DNA from: a virus | Strand: one strand, 5' to 3' | IMG/VR virus record: IMGVR_UViG_3300011116_000834 | Span: 44,403-108,402 of that record | DNA: 64,000 nucleotides | Shown here: positions 41,661 through 56,469 of the stretch, in pieces | Layout: each line of letters begins with the position of its first letter | Numbering within the stretch: position 1 is the first letter of the stretch | The notes under the pieces: generated by a model | Databases searched by the model: none | Told to the model about the DNA's origin: nothing | Seen by the model: the letters and a program-made list of their open reading frames with translations, nothing else | Made by a program: the position numbers and the translations under genes

Positions 41661-42454
41661 TGATTAGTGTAATTTTGATGGGTAGAATGGGAAACAATTT
41701 ATTTCAAATTGCTGCTGCTCTTGCTCTTGCAAAAAAACACAATACGGTATTGCATATTCCGATTCCTTCATGGAATAATACTACATATTCATATTTAAAT
41801 TGTTTTAAGATGATGGATGTCCATTTTGGAAATCCTGCAAGTATGGTTTACAAGGAACAGCATTTTTTCTACAATGAACTATTTGATATCTTGCCAGATA
41901 ATGTCCATTTATATGGATATTATCAATCAGAAAAATATTTTAAATCCTATGAATCATTGATACGATCAAACTTTGAATTTAATGATACTGTTGTTCAGTC
42001 AACTAAAGCAAAATTGGATACTTATGATATTGATTACAAAGAAGCAACAGCAATTCATTTAAGAAGAACAGATTATCTTACAATTCAACATGCGCATCCT
42101 ATTCCATCTTTGGATTATTATAAAGATGGATTGAAATTGATGAATGCAAAAAATGTTATTGTATTTTCTGATGACATCGAATGGTGTCGTGCTAATATAA
42201 AGATCGAAGGTATTAATTTTATTTTTAGCGATATGCCACAAGAAGAAACCATATGCGCAATGACAATGGTAAAAAATCTAGTCATTGCAAATAGCACATT
42301 TTCATGGTGGGGTGCCTGGTTAAATAAACATCCTGAAAAACAAGTAGTATATCCAAAACAATGGTTTGGAAATACATTACCATATAGAGAACTTGATATA
42401 AATCATGAGGTATGCACTAAAGACATACCATGTGCTGGTTGGATAGGATTATGA
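41660..42454 (+). CDS. GT11 alpha-1,2-fucosyltransferase
   Basis: GRMGNNLFQ, GYYQSEKYF, HLRRTDY, FSDDIEWC, IANSTFSWWGAWL. Confidence 0.92.
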   Translation: MISVILMGRMGNNLFQIAAALALAKKHNTVLHIPIPSWNNTTYSYLNCFKMMDVHFGNPASMVYKEQHFFYNELFDILPDNVHLYGYYQSEKYFKSYESLIRSNFEFNDTVVQSTKAKLDTYDIDYKEATAIHLRRTDYLTIQHAHPIPSLDYYKDGLKLMNAKNVIVFSDDIEWCRANIKIEGINFIFSDMPQEETICAMTMVKNLVIANSTFSWWGAWLNKHPEKQVVYPKQWFGNTLPYRELDINHEVCTKDIPCAGWIGL

Positions 42455-43194
42455 AAAAATATCTGATTAATTATGCAGCAAAGGGGACTCATAATTGGGG
42501 AGTAAATTCTCCACCAAATGCAGGATATGTCATTGCACAAAAAATAAATAGTGAAACAGGAATACATGTTGCTGGATTTGATGAAGTTATAAATTTCAAT
42601 AGAGATTCATTACCTACATCATTTTTTCAAACCCATAGCGAGCATTTCAAGCACACCCGTGGTGCTGGATATTGGATATGGAAATCTTTTATTATAAAAA
42701 CTCAATTGGAAAAAATAAATGATGGTGATTTATTGATGTATTCGGATTCTGGATGTCATTTTGTCAAAAATATGAAACCAATATTTGACATTATGATTGA
42801 AAGTAAAAATAAAAATCTAGTATTTAATTTGACAAATCCAATTTGTACTGAAAAAACATGGACAAAAAGAGATTGCCTTGTTGAATTGACTATGGATACT
42901 CCAGAAATTCATTGCTCTCAACAAATAATGAGCACCTTTTTCATTTGCATTAAAAATGAATTCAATAAATGGTTCATAGATGAGTGGTATAAATATAGTT
43001 CAAATTTTCATTTAATTGCAGATGAAATCATATCTCCATCTACAAATCCAAATTACCCTGAATTTTCAGAACATAGACACGATCAATCGATTTTTAGTTT
43101 GCTTTCTAAAAAACATGATGTATTATCAATGAACGATATAACCCAACATGGTATGCAGGATTATTATATCGAACATTCAAGAAGAAGCAATTAA
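42451..43194 (+). CDS. glycosyltransferase-like protein (HRHDQS family)
   Basis: RGAGYWIWK, Y.DSG, WTKRD, EHRHDQS; ATG at 42451. Confidence 0.65.
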   Translation: MKKYLINYAAKGTHNWGVNSPPNAGYVIAQKINSETGIHVAGFDEVINFNRDSLPTSFFQTHSEHFKHTRGAGYWIWKSFIIKTQLEKINDGDLLMYSDSGCHFVKNMKPIFDIMIESKNKNLVFNLTNPICTEKTWTKRDCLVELTMDTPEIHCSQQIMSTFFICIKNEFNKWFIDEWYKYSSNFHLIADEIISPSTNPNYPEFSEHRHDQSIFSLLSKKHDVLSMNDITQHGMQDYYIEHSRRSN

Positions 43195-43961
43195 TGCAAA
43201 TACAAAAAGTTATTCACTCAAGTGATGATAAAGATTATTACTTGGATTTCTGGCCAATTGTATCCAAGATATGGAAATTAAAATTCAAAATTGAACCAGT
43301 ACTGATTCATTTTGGAATCAAAGAAGTTTCAACTGAATATGGAACTGTCATTAGACCTGGTATTCTTCCAAATGTACCAATAAATGTACAATGTCAATTA
43401 TCAAGATATTGGTTGCCTTTAACGGAACCAGATACCATCTGGATGACCTCCGATATAGACATGCTTCCTATTTCTAAAAAATATTTTATCGATGCCATTT
43501 CAAGCATATCTGATGATAAATTTATTTCCATGAATCATGATATACATGAACATCATCCAAATATAAACTATTCATGTTGCTATAATGTAGCAAAAGGATC
43601 AACCTTCATGGAGATACTAAAATCTTCCCATATATGGATCGAATTCATGAAAGGTGATTTTTGGAAAAACGACAATACAAATCACAGTCCAAATGGATTA
43701 ACGGAAAAATTTCCTCATTGGTCTATTGATGAAAAATGGTCAAGTCAATTCATAAATCAATTTGATCGTTCACGGATAGTGCATCTAGCACGCGATTGCG
43801 GCAAGCATATGTGCCGTCGAATAGATAGAGATAGATGGGAATGGAATAAAGAATCAATCTTATCTGAATATTATTTCGATTGTCATTGCATTCGTCCTTA
43901 TGCGAATCATAAACAAGAAATAGATGCAATTGTGGAGCATATTTTACATGATTCTATATGA
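43194..43961 (+). CDS. putative GT-A glycosyltransferase
   Basis: YLDFWPIV...W, TSDIDMLP (DxD), W..DE, RIDR, DCH..RP. Confidence 0.55.
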   Translation: MQIQKVIHSSDDKDYYLDFWPIVSKIWKLKFKIEPVLIHFGIKEVSTEYGTVIRPGILPNVPINVQCQLSRYWLPLTEPDTIWMTSDIDMLPISKKYFIDAISSISDDKFISMNHDIHEHHPNINYSCCYNVAKGSTFMEILKSSHIWIEFMKGDFWKNDNTNHSPNGLTEKFPHWSIDEKWSSQFINQFDRSRIVHLARDCGKHMCRRIDRDRWEWNKESILSEYYFDCHCIRPYANHKQEIDAIVEHILHDSI

Positions 43962-44670
43962 TGATTTTATTACTGGAGATAAATTTCTTGATATTGAATT
44001 TTTTGGATGCAAATCTAAAATTGATTATATCTCCAGACTGCCTTCATCTTGTAGTCGTATATTGACCCATAATGGAGATCTTCCAGTAACCGACGATGCA
44101 TTGAGATTATTCCATAATTTGACATCATGGTTTGGTCAAAATATAATGACTATTGATTCTAGATGCATTGCATTGCCAATTGGATTGGAAAACGATTATG
44201 TCGAGGGTTCAATCGATAAGAAAAAATTATTATTTGCCTATATGCAAAAACATCAGGTTCCTTCAAGACTTGCTTATCTGAATTGCAATACAAAAACATA
44301 TAAAACAGATAGAGAAGATGCCTATAGTAAAATTAAAAATTGTACTAAAGTTATGCATCGTACCATCTCTAATGAGCAATACTATTCTGATATACTGGAT
44401 CACGATTTCATCATATGCCCACGCGGTAATGGATTGGATTGCCATAGAAACTGGGAAGTTCTCTATCTTAATAGATATCCAGTCATGAAACGATATCATG
44501 GTCTTGAACTTGTATATAAAGATCTTCCTGTGGTGTTTGTAGATGACTGGGAAGAAGTCACAGAGGATTTATTGAATAAAAAGAAAAATGAATTCTTTTC
44601 TACTACTTTTAATAAAGAAAAATTAAAATTTTCCTGGTGGAAAGATTTAATTATTAATCAAATAATATAG
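43948..44670 (+). CDS. exostosin/GT47-like glycosyltransferase
   Basis: HNGD, PIGLEN, FIICPRGNGLDCHRNWE.LY, LPV.FV.DW. Confidence 0.75.
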   Translation: MILYDDFITGDKFLDIEFFGCKSKIDYISRLPSSCSRILTHNGDLPVTDDALRLFHNLTSWFGQNIMTIDSRCIALPIGLENDYVEGSIDKKKLLFAYMQKHQVPSRLAYLNCNTKTYKTDREDAYSKIKNCTKVMHRTISNEQYYSDILDHDFIICPRGNGLDCHRNWEVLYLNRYPVMKRYHGLELVYKDLPVVFVDDWEEVTEDLLNKKKNEFFSTTFNKEKLKFSWWKDLIINQII

Positions 44671-44679
44671 GAATATAAT

Positions 44680-45270
44680 ATGAAAACTTATATGCAAATA
44701 GGTGCAAATATTGGGACTGACGATTTTTATAATGTTTGCAATCAGGAATCAAATAAATGTAATATTTATTTGATTGAAGCTAATTCAAAATTGATACCAA
44801 CTTTAAAAAAAAACTATGAATCTTTAACTTCACGCCACACTATTCATTTCCATGAATGTGGCATAGTTCCTGATAAAATCAAAAATTGTAATAAATTATA
44901 TTTGTATGATAATAATATGGATTTAAGTTCTGTAATAAATAGAAATTCTTTTCAACAAATATCAGAAATAATAAATTTTATTCCAATAACATTTAATGAT
45001 TTTTGCATTACCAATAATATAACAGAAATTGATTATCTATCAATAGATACTGAAGGATTAGATTATGAAATTCTTTTAAGTATTGATTTGAATTCAATTA
45101 ATATTAAAAAAATTGTATTTGAAAAATGGAGTTATGTGAATGATGATTTGGATGGAAAGGTCCAAACAGGAAATATTCTTATTGCTGCTATTATAGAAAA
45201 ATTTAAAAATTATAATTTAAATGAATTGATAATTGATAATATGTCATCTTTTAGTTTGACACAAAAATGA
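44680..45270 (+). CDS. FkbM-family O-methyltransferase
   Basis: QIGAN.G.D, LIEAN, IDYLSIDTEGLDYEIL, I.FE. Confidence 0.85.
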   Translation: MKTYMQIGANIGTDDFYNVCNQESNKCNIYLIEANSKLIPTLKKNYESLTSRHTIHFHECGIVPDKIKNCNKLYLYDNNMDLSSVINRNSFQQISEIINFIPITFNDFCITNNITEIDYLSIDTEGLDYEILLSIDLNSINIKKIVFEKWSYVNDDLDGKVQTGNILIAAIIEKFKNYNLNELIIDNMSSFSLTQK

Positions 45271-45953
45271 AAACTATACTAGTATTAGTTCAATCTAGCA
45301 ATCAATCACCATATGATGCAATGCTAGAAAAACAAAAAAATACATGGAATTTGATTTCTATTGATGGAGTATCCACAATATTTTATTATGGATCACTTGA
45401 TATAGAAAATAACACACTCAATGATGATGTTTTGATTTTAAAAACTTCAGATATAAATTATAATAGAACATTTAAATTGAAACTTGCTTTAGATTTTATC
45501 TGGAATATGAAATGGGATTATGTAATTAGAACAAATTCATCTTCTTATATTGACAAGAAACGACTATTGAATAAAATTCAAGCATTGCCTGAGAATAAAT
45601 GTTTTTTTGGAAAAACAGTTGCTGATTGTATATCAGGAATTGGAATGATTTTTAGTAGAGATGTTGTGGATATTTTAAGAAAAAACATAGATTCTAGTTT
45701 AGAAAACAATAGCGATCATGATGATGTAATGGTTGCACATATACTAAAATCAAATGGTATTCCAATTATTGGAGATGGATCATTGGTATTTTATAACCAT
45801 GATTGTAATTTTACAGATTTTATTAATTCAATTTCTCTAACAGATACAGATCCATATTGCTATAGGTGTAGACCTAATTGTGCAATAGATCAAAATAGAC
45901 ATAAAGATCTAGAAGCGTTTGAAAATTTATTTAATTTTTTAAAGAACACCTAA
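45267..45953 (+). CDS. GT31/galactosyltransferase-like glycosyltransferase
   Basis: WDYVIRTNSSSY, SG.G..FSRDVV, DDV, YRCR. Confidence 0.65.
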   Translation: MKTILVLVQSSNQSPYDAMLEKQKNTWNLISIDGVSTIFYYGSLDIENNTLNDDVLILKTSDINYNRTFKLKLALDFIWNMKWDYVIRTNSSSYIDKKRLLNKIQALPENKCFFGKTVADCISGIGMIFSRDVVDILRKNIDSSLENNSDHDDVMVAHILKSNGIPIIGDGSLVFYNHDCNFTDFINSISLTDTDPYCYRCRPNCAIDQNRHKDLEAFENLFNFLKNT

Positions 45954-47230
45954 TGAATTCTAATTATAATATTAAAACCGAATGCAGATGTTGCAAATCC
46001 AAGAATTTAAATGAAGTATTGGATCTCGGAGAACATCCTCTTGCAAATTCATATCATTTTGGAACGAATGATCTTGCAAGATATCCATTAAAATTAAATG
46101 TATGCACTGATTGCTTTCATTGTCAATTAAGCATTGTTGTCAATCCAGATGAAATGTTTAAACACTATTCATATCAAAGTGGAATTCCAAAAACATTTAA
46201 CAAATATTGTGAATGGTTTAGTGAATATGTTGAAGATAATATTTCCAAAATTGGTAGTGTTCTTGATATTGCATGCAATGATGGTACTCAACTAGAAAAG
46301 TTTAAAAAAAGAGGATGGAGAACATTTGGAATCGATCCTGCAACAAACTTGAAGGAAAAATCAAAACAACATGCAGAGCAAATTATTGATGATTATTTCA
46401 ATATAGATTCAATCGACAAACTCTCAATAAAACAATTTGATGCAATTACTGCGCAAAATGTATTTGCTCATTTAGATGATGTTGATCAGTTTCTACAAGA
46501 TTGTAAAATTATAATGACTGATAATAGTAGATTATACATTCAAACTTCTCAAGCAAATATGATAGATGATCGTCAATTTGATACGATATATCATGAGCAT
46601 TTATCATATTTCTCTGTAAGATCAATGAAGACACTTTGTGAGAGAAATAATCTTCTATTGCTTGATGTTAGTATAAATCCTATCCATGGAGAAAGTTATA
46701 TTTTTGTTATTGGAAAAACAGGCAAGATAAACCAATCTGTGAATTCCATGATTGATGTGGAATCAAAAAATGGAAGATACTTGATAGAAACATATAAAAT
46801 ATATGCTAAAGCTGTATATGCAATAATAGAAAATGCTAATGCAATAATCAACCAATATATGAAAAATGGTTATTTGATTGTTGGATATGGTGCTGCTGCA
46901 AAAGCAAATACATTTTTAAATTTTTCAAAAATTAAACCACATTTTATCATCGATGATACTCCAACTAAGCAAGAAAAATTGACACCAGGCACTAATTGCA
47001 TGATCATGAATAGAAAATTCATAGAAAAACTAACAAATAATGTATTGTTCATAACATTAGCATGGAATTTTCATGATGAACTGAAGAGCAATATCGAAGA
47101 ATCATTGTCATATACAAAATTTGCAAAAAGATTTTCATATAAGATAATGAGATATTACCCAGACATCGAAGTATCCTCACTAAATATACGAAGCAATCCA
47201 AATTCTGAAGTATTGCATCATCCAGTATAA
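45953..47230 (+). CDS. NDP-hexose C-methyltransferase-like SAM-dependent methyltransferase
   Basis: N-terminal Zn motif CRCC...LDLG..PLAN...C..C...[38 protein letters not shown]. Confidence 0.88.
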   Translation: MNSNYNIKTECRCCKSKNLNEVLDLGEHPLANSYHFGTNDLARYPLKLNVCTDCFHCQLSIVVNPDEMFKHYSYQSGIPKTFNKYCEWFSEYVEDNISKIGSVLDIACNDGTQLEKFKKRGWRTFGIDPATNLKEKSKQHAEQIIDDYFNIDSIDKLSIKQFDAITAQNVFAHLDDVDQFLQDCKIIMTDNSRLYIQTSQANMIDDRQFDTIYHEHLSYFSVRSMKTLCERNNLLLLDVSINPIHGESYIFVIGKTGKINQSVNSMIDVESKNGRYLIETYKIYAKAVYAIIENANAIINQYMKNGYLIVGYGAAAKANTFLNFSKIKPHFIIDDTPTKQEKLTPGTNCMIMNRKFIEKLTNNVLFITLAWNFHDELKSNIEESLSYTKFAKRFSYKIMRYYPDIEVSSLNIRSNPNSEVLHHPV

Positions 47231-47243
47231 TAAGGTTTATATA

Positions 47244-48284
47244 ATGAAAAAAGTGGCATTAATTACAGGCATTTCTGGTCAAGACGGATCATATCTAGTG
47301 GATCTCCTCATATCCAAGGGATATGAAGTTCATGGTATCATTCGTAGATCATCATCTTTTAACACTGCAAGACTTGAACATCATATTCAAAATCCAGAGG
47401 TATATAACAAATCTTTCTTTTTGCATTATGGCGATCTAACTGATTATACTACAATAGAGAAGTTGATTGCTAGATGCAATCCAGATGAGATATACAATCT
47501 TGGAGCACAGAGTCATGTTCGTGTTTCATTTGATGCTCCAGTATATACGGGAGAAACCGTAGGTATTGGAACATTGAATATGCTTGAAGCGATTCGTTCC
47601 TATGAACAAATCTCTGGTAAAAAAGTAAGGTATTATCAGGCATCCTCAAGCGAGATGTTTGGAAAGGTACAAGAGGTTCCTCAAAAGGAAACTACTCCAT
47701 TCTATCCTCGTTCACCATATGGTTGCGCAAAGGTATATGCACATCATCTTACGGTGAACTATCGCGAATCGTATGGTCTGCACGCATCGTGTGGCATTTT
47801 ATTCAACCATGAAAGTCCAAGACGCGGAGAGACATTCGTAACTCGTAAAATCACCAGAGCGGTTGGTAGAATTTATCAGGGACTTCAGAAGAAACTCTAT
47901 CTTGGTAATCTGGATGCTCTGCGAGACTGGGGATTTGCTGGCGATTATGTCGAGGCGATGTGGTCGATGCTACAGCAAGAAACACCAGATGATTATGTAA
48001 TTGCAACTGGCAAGATGATCACAGTTCGTGAATTCTGTGAAAAGGCATTTGCAAGATATAGCATGGATTACCGCGACTATGTCGAAGTGGATGAGCGATA
48101 CTACCGTCCAGCAGAAGTAGATCAACTGCTTGGAGATCCAACAAAGGCGAAGGAAAAACTTGGTTGGGAACCAAAGGTAAACATCGATGAACTCATCAAT
48201 ATGATGGCAGATCACGATTTTCAATTAGCAAGAAGAGATTTCGTGCTTCATGTACATGACAACAAACTCAATCCCATTCTCTGA
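47244..48284 (+). CDS. gmd: GDP-mannose 4,6-dehydratase
   Basis: [65 protein letters not shown]. Confidence 0.97.
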   Translation: MKKVALITGISGQDGSYLVDLLISKGYEVHGIIRRSSSFNTARLEHHIQNPEVYNKSFFLHYGDLTDYTTIEKLIARCNPDEIYNLGAQSHVRVSFDAPVYTGETVGIGTLNMLEAIRSYEQISGKKVRYYQASSSEMFGKVQEVPQKETTPFYPRSPYGCAKVYAHHLTVNYRESYGLHASCGILFNHESPRRGETFVTRKITRAVGRIYQGLQKKLYLGNLDALRDWGFAGDYVEAMWSMLQQETPDDYVIATGKMITVREFCEKAFARYSMDYRDYVEVDERYYRPAEVDQLLGDPTKAKEKLGWEPKVNIDELINMMADHDFQLARRDFVLHVHDNKLNPIL

Positions 48285-48292
48285 TATAAATA
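48285..48292 (+). promoter_or_regulatory. T4-type late promoter (TATAAATA) for GT2-TPR
   Basis: Exact consensus between gmd and GT2-TPR, followed by an AAGGA RBS. Confidence 0.75.
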
Positions 48293-48310
48293 CAATAAAG
48301 GATCTATAAG

Positions 48311-49528
48311 ATGAAGAAAACCGTTGCCTTGTGCATGATCGTAAAGAATGAGTCTCATATCATTCATGAATGCTTGAATTCGATTTATCAGTATGTCGAT
48401 TACTGGGTCATTTCCGACACAGGATCAACTGACGGTACTCAAGATATCATTAAGAAGTTCTTTGAAGAGAAGGGCATTCCTGGTGAACTTCATCAGGATG
48501 AATGGAAGAACTTCGGTCATAACCGATCATTAGCACTTCGTCATGTAGATGGCAAGGCGGATTATGCATGGATGATCGATGCCGATGATAAGGTAGAAGG
48601 ATCATTCAAACTTCCAGAAAACATGGAAGCAGATGGATATGTTGTTAGAATGGGAAGAGAAGAATTCTCATGGTGGAGAACTCAGATTTTTAAGACCGAG
48701 GCAAAATGGGAATATCGTGGAGTTCTCCATGAATATCCATTCTGCACTACAAAGGAACAAGCAATTCTGACTAAAGTGGAAGGAAAATATAATATAAATG
48801 CTCGTACTCTTGGTGCAAGAAATGTCGGTATCAGTATAATTGAAAAATATACAAGAGATGCAGAACTATTGGAAAAAGCACTGATTGATGAACCAACCAA
48901 TACACGATATCAGTTCTATCTTGCTCAATCATATTTTGATTCTCAACAATATGAAAAGGCAATTGAGGCATATCTGAAAAGAGCATCTATGGGTGGATGG
49001 CAGGAAGAAGTATTTTACTCTCTGTATAGAGTTGCCATATCGCGCGCAATGTTGGATAAACCATGGGCGGAAATTCAAGCATCATTTTTAGATGCATATA
49101 ATTATAGACCAATTCGTGCAGAACCATTGATTCATATTGCTCAGGTTCTAAGAACTAAATTTGATCAACCAGCGGCAGCATTTGTCTTTGCACGCATTGC
49201 TGCGGAGATTCCATATCCTCAGAATGAAATTTTGTTTGTACCCGATCATCTTTATAAATTTGCCGCTTTAGATGAATTGGGTGCCACGGCGCATTCTGCT
49301 GGTAGACCAGAATTGGGATATCTGGCATGCAAGAAATTACTTGAAGAGGGGCGTTGTCCAACTGATCAAATTGAAAGAGTTCAGAATAATTTTAATCATT
49401 ATCGCATGATCATGGAAAAGATCGGTGAGCAACAAGCATTGATGCAAAAACAAATAGAGGCACAATCAGTAGTAAAACCACAAGAAAAGACAAAAAAGTT
49501 CAAAGAGCGAAAGAAAGTTAAAAGTTGA
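48311..49528 (+). CDS. GT2 glycosyltransferase with C-terminal TPR repeats (protein glycosyltransferase-like)
   Basis: LCMIVKNE, DTGSTDGT, NFG.NR, IDADD, LHEY, then TPR-like FYLAQSY / A.EAY.KR / P.RAEP. Confidence 0.88.
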   Translation: MKKTVALCMIVKNESHIIHECLNSIYQYVDYWVISDTGSTDGTQDIIKKFFEEKGIPGELHQDEWKNFGHNRSLALRHVDGKADYAWMIDADDKVEGSFKLPENMEADGYVVRMGREEFSWWRTQIFKTEAKWEYRGVLHEYPFCTTKEQAILTKVEGKYNINARTLGARNVGISIIEKYTRDAELLEKALIDEPTNTRYQFYLAQSYFDSQQYEKAIEAYLKRASMGGWQEEVFYSLYRVAISRAMLDKPWAEIQASFLDAYNYRPIRAEPLIHIAQVLRTKFDQPAAAFVFARIAAEIPYPQNEILFVPDHLYKFAALDELGATAHSAGRPELGYLACKKLLEEGRCPTDQIERVQNNFNHYRMIMEKIGEQQALMQKQIEAQSVVKPQEKTKKFKERKKVKS

Positions 49529-49536
49529 TATAAATA
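49529..49536 (+). promoter_or_regulatory. T4-type late promoter (TATAAATA)
   Basis: Exact consensus upstream of the fibre cluster; a second copy is at 49719-49726. Confidence 0.7.
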
Positions 49537-49551
49537 ATGCTATAGACTACT

Positions 49552-49746
49552 ATGGCATTTCCATCTAATCCAATTCAAGGAACCACATACGACAATAACG
49601 GTCGTATGTGGTCTTTTAATGGATATGCATGGGATAAAATACAGGTGACTGGTGGAGGTGGCATTGTTGGTAATTATGTTTCCACATTCAATGGGTTGAC
49701 AGGAGATGTTGTTTTTGGTATAAATATCGATGGTGGAACTTATTAG
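49552..49746 (+). CDS. small virion/fibre-associated protein
   Basis: FPSNP..G..Y..NGRMWSFNGYAW, VSTFNGLTG, C-terminal IDGGTY. Confidence 0.6.
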   Translation: MAFPSNPIQGTTYDNNGRMWSFNGYAWDKIQVTGGGGIVGNYVSTFNGLTGDVVFGINIDGGTY

Positions 49747-49754
49747 GAGAAACT

Positions 49755-50186
49755 ATGCCAGCTTCAAGATACGACATATATGCAGAACAAGGGAGTACTT
49801 GGAAATTTCATTTAACTTACAAATATTCGGGTGGCACAGGAATTGATCTTTCAAATTTTCATGGTGCCATGCAGGTTCGTAGATCCTCTAAAGATGACAA
49901 GGTTTTGCTTTATCTGACCGATTATGGAGTTACTGGTGGTGGAATAACTGGTGATTTTACTCCTAATATCGATGGAATTGCTGGTATTGGTGGTATAAGT
50001 TTCAATACTTCGATTGCAGGTGCTACTGGATTTACTGGTGGTATATTTTTTAGAACAGACAAGACAACAATGAAAAATATACCACCAGGAAAGCATTTCT
50101 ATGATTTTGAATTAACCAATACTTTGGGAGAAGTTCAACGACTCATAGAAGGAACATTTGAAGTTCCAAGAGAAATTACGAGATAA
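49755..50186 (+). CDS. fibre-attachment beta-sandwich protein (BppU/LtfC-like)
   Basis: [14 protein letters not shown]...MQVR, YDFEL, RLIEG.F.V..EIT. Confidence 0.6.
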   Translation: MPASRYDIYAEQGSTWKFHLTYKYSGGTGIDLSNFHGAMQVRRSSKDDKVLLYLTDYGVTGGGITGDFTPNIDGIAGIGGISFNTSIAGATGFTGGIFFRTDKTTMKNIPPGKHFYDFELTNTLGEVQRLIEGTFEVPREITR

Positions 50187-50188
50187 TA

Positions 50189-53010
<2,822 letters not shown>

Positions 53011-53011
<1 letters not shown>

Positions 53012-56000
53012 TGTCAATAATTAAGCTGAAACGAGGCGGAACTGGACCAACTGGACTCACTCTGGGAGAACCAGCGTGGGACTATGCAAATAATAAATTA
53101 TTTGTTGGAGTCACTTCATCCGCTGTTTGGATTGGTGGAGAAGTAGATAATAGCACTTCTCTCGGGACAAGTCAGATAAAGATTCCAACTCAGTATGCAG
53201 TGAAAACTTATGTTGATGGAGCAGTCACTGGTTCTGTTAGTGGCGTTGCATCGTTTAATGGAGCAACTGGTGCTATTGCAGTAACTGGTGGTCATCAACT
53301 AGGCATCACCCAGAATGGAAATCAATTTACTTTTAGAGTAATTGATGGTGCTACCAGTGATTTGAATGCTGGTGTTCTTTATGGAGTCAGTGGTGCGATC
53401 TATGCATCAAACCTTGCAACTGGTCTTCTCTATGGTGGTATTATCACAATCAATGCTGGAAACTCGGCGGCATTTGACATCACCGCTGGTAGAGGGCAGA
53501 TCCATCTTGCTGGCGCGACATGGAATTCTGGACCAGCTCCAACACTGACATATGTCAATTGGTCAGCACAGACAGGAATCACTCTTTCTGGCATCACATC
53601 AGCAGATACCACATGGTTGTACTTTGACAATACTGGTACTCTCAAGCAACAATCGACATATTATACCGATGCACAGGTAGACCAGAACATCATCATCGGT
53701 GCTCTGGTGCATCCAACACGGTCATACATCAGTTTGGCAAAGACGATTCCAAATGTCGGATATGCCACCGACAAGCAATACGAGCAGTTCATTCGTCTGT
53801 TTGGTCCATTGAAGCAGTCTGGTCATACGATTGCAGCAAATGGTGCAAACATGAAGTTGAACCGTTCTTCTGGAGCTGCATTCGTCCTTGGAAGAAACTG
53901 GATCAATGATCCAAATAATCCAACGGTTGTAACCGACAACGCACAGACCGATTGCACCTTCTGGCGATATTACCGTGGAGTAACGGCAGGAACATTCGTC
54001 ACTGTGCTGAATCAAACCGCAATTGATCCAGACAATTATGACAATGGTTCTGGAACCTTGCAGCCTGTTCCTTCAAATCAGCAATTCACAATTCAAAGAT
54101 TGTTCTATTTCCCAGGAACACCGAGCATTCTTGGTGTATATTATGGGCGAGGCACATATGCATCCATGCCTGATGCCGCTGCCAATATTCAATTTGAAGA
54201 TTTCACCGAAATCGACAATACAAAGACGAATGCAATAAGTGCTGGATATATTATCGTCAAAAAAGGCACAACCAATCTTACGACTGCTATTGCTGCGGAT
54301 GAATGTAGAATAATTCAATCTGGTATTTTCCGTTCGACTGTGAGTGGTGGTGGATCAATCGCAACCAAGCTGGACGATCTTACTGATGTTACAATATCTG
54401 GAATCACCGATAATGAAACTCTGATATACGATATTGTGTCATCCCAGTGGTTGAATACTCCAATTCAACATATTGCAGTATCTTCTTATAATGGTAGAAC
54501 TGGTGAAGTTCAAGGTGTATCGGCAGCTGCTGCTGGTACTGGTATCTCGGTATCTGGTGCAACTGGTGCAGTCACTATTACAAACACTGGTGTTCTGTCA
54601 TTCAATGGACTGACTGGTGCAATTGAAGGTGTTACTGGACTTGTTGCTGGAACGAATATTTCAATTTCTGGTGCAACTGGAAATGTCACGATAACCAATA
54701 CTGGTGTTCGATCAATCAATGGTGTGACTGGAACGATCACAAATGTCGCTCGTCTGAACGAAGGAAATACATTCTCCGTCCGTCAGGTCATGAATGCTGG
54801 CATCACATCAGCAAATCTCTATGTTTCTGGTGGAGTAACATTCACAGGATCAAGCACATATCTCAATTCAACAACCACCACTGTACAAAATAGTTCAGGA
54901 TTGCTGACGGTTACTAGTTCTATATCTCCCCCGAGCAGTACATTGCGATTAGTTGGAAATGATGGAGATATTGGATCTTATAATAGCAATATAATTCCTG
55001 GAGTAGGTGTGGATGGTGTGGCATTGACCCATACGCTTCCATCTTCATCTGGTACATTGCTGAATACGAATTTCAATTCATATGTTAGCACATACAACGG
55101 TAGAACTGGTGCTGTACAGGGTGTGTCAGCGGCATCAGCTGGTTCTGGTATCTCCGTATCTGGATCTACTGGAGCAATAACAATAACCAATACTGGTGTT
55201 CAGTCATTCAACGGATCTACAGGTGCGGTTGCATTCAATAGCTATGTTTCTTCATTCAACGGATCGACTGGATCAATAACAGGAGTATCTTCAGTAAATG
55301 GATTTACTGGTGCGGTATCTATAACTTATGCTGCCGCAGTAACCATAACATCCAGCAATAGCAACTCCACACTATATCCTGTACTTTCCTTTGGATCAGG
55401 CAATACTGCACTTTATGTCGATAATGTCACAACTCCTTTTTCGTATAATCCATCCTCTGGTCAATTACAAGTTCCGCAAATAAATGCTGCAACTCCAACA
55501 GGATATGTTTTAGTTGATGGAATACAAGGATCTGTTGAAATAAATGATAATAGTGATGTTTTGACTATAAACCCATCATATTTGACCCATAATAGTAGTG
55601 GTAATAATTTATCAATTTCATCAAGTATTGGTATAAATTTACAAGGTATATTCAGTGTAACCGACCCAACAGCAACATATACCTACACATTCCCACAGAC
55701 AAATGGAAGCAATGGTCAAGTTCTCACAACCAATGGTGCGGGAACTCTTTCATGGTCAACTGTTTCCAGTGGAAGTGCAACTGGATTCACATATACTTCT
55801 TCTGCTCCATCTTCTCCAACTATTGGATATCGCTGGATAGATTCAAATACAGGTAAGGAATATGTTTATGTCAATGATGGAACAAGTTCGCAATGGATTG
55901 AACCAGTTTCTTCGAATGGTCTAGTTGGGGCAACTTATAATTCATCCTTACAGTTGTTGGAATTTGGGTTGACTGGATCTTTTGCTAAACTTGGAATAGG

Positions 56001-56469
56001 AACAACTGCTCCAAATTATCCTCTTGATGTAAATGGTATTGCCAATTTTAGAACAGGATTATCTGCTGCTGGTGCTACATTGAATGGTAATGTATCAATT
56101 ACTGGAACATTGAATGGTGCTGGTGCCACATTCACTGGTGCTGTTATCTCTGATGGTGGATTTAGAATTTCATCTAGTGCTATAAATGCACAAACGGGAA
56201 CAACATATTCATTATTGACTGCGGACAATGGTAAAATAATCACGATGAATAATGGTTCTGCAATAACATTGACGGTTCCATCTGGATTACCTATTGGATT
56301 TAATACAACAGTTATCCAATTAGGTGCTGGTCAAGTTGGAATCACTGCATCAAGTACAACACTCAATAGTTTTGAAGGTAAATTGAATCTTGCTGGTCAA
56401 CATGCAGCTGCAACAATAATTTCCTATTCATCGAATGTCTTCAATGTGGTAGGAGGATTGACTGCATGA
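53011..56469 (+). CDS. long tail-fibre-like protein (Mtd/hyaluronidase-type N-terminus)
   Basis: 1152 aa. IKLKRG...L..GEPA.D....LFVG N-terminus, LDDLTDV, repeated SFNG.TG modules, GIGTTAP, C-terminal Y.L...DNGK...VP..LP.GF...QLGAGQV domain. Confidence 0.75.

Noticed and set aside
38810-49528. Contaminating bacterial LPS/capsule locus or T4-type DNA glucosylation genes
   Set aside because: No flippase, polymerase or priming membrane GT is present, the genes are contiguous with phage genes and a late promoter, and none resembles alpha/beta-glucosyltransferase or dCMP hydroxymethylase.
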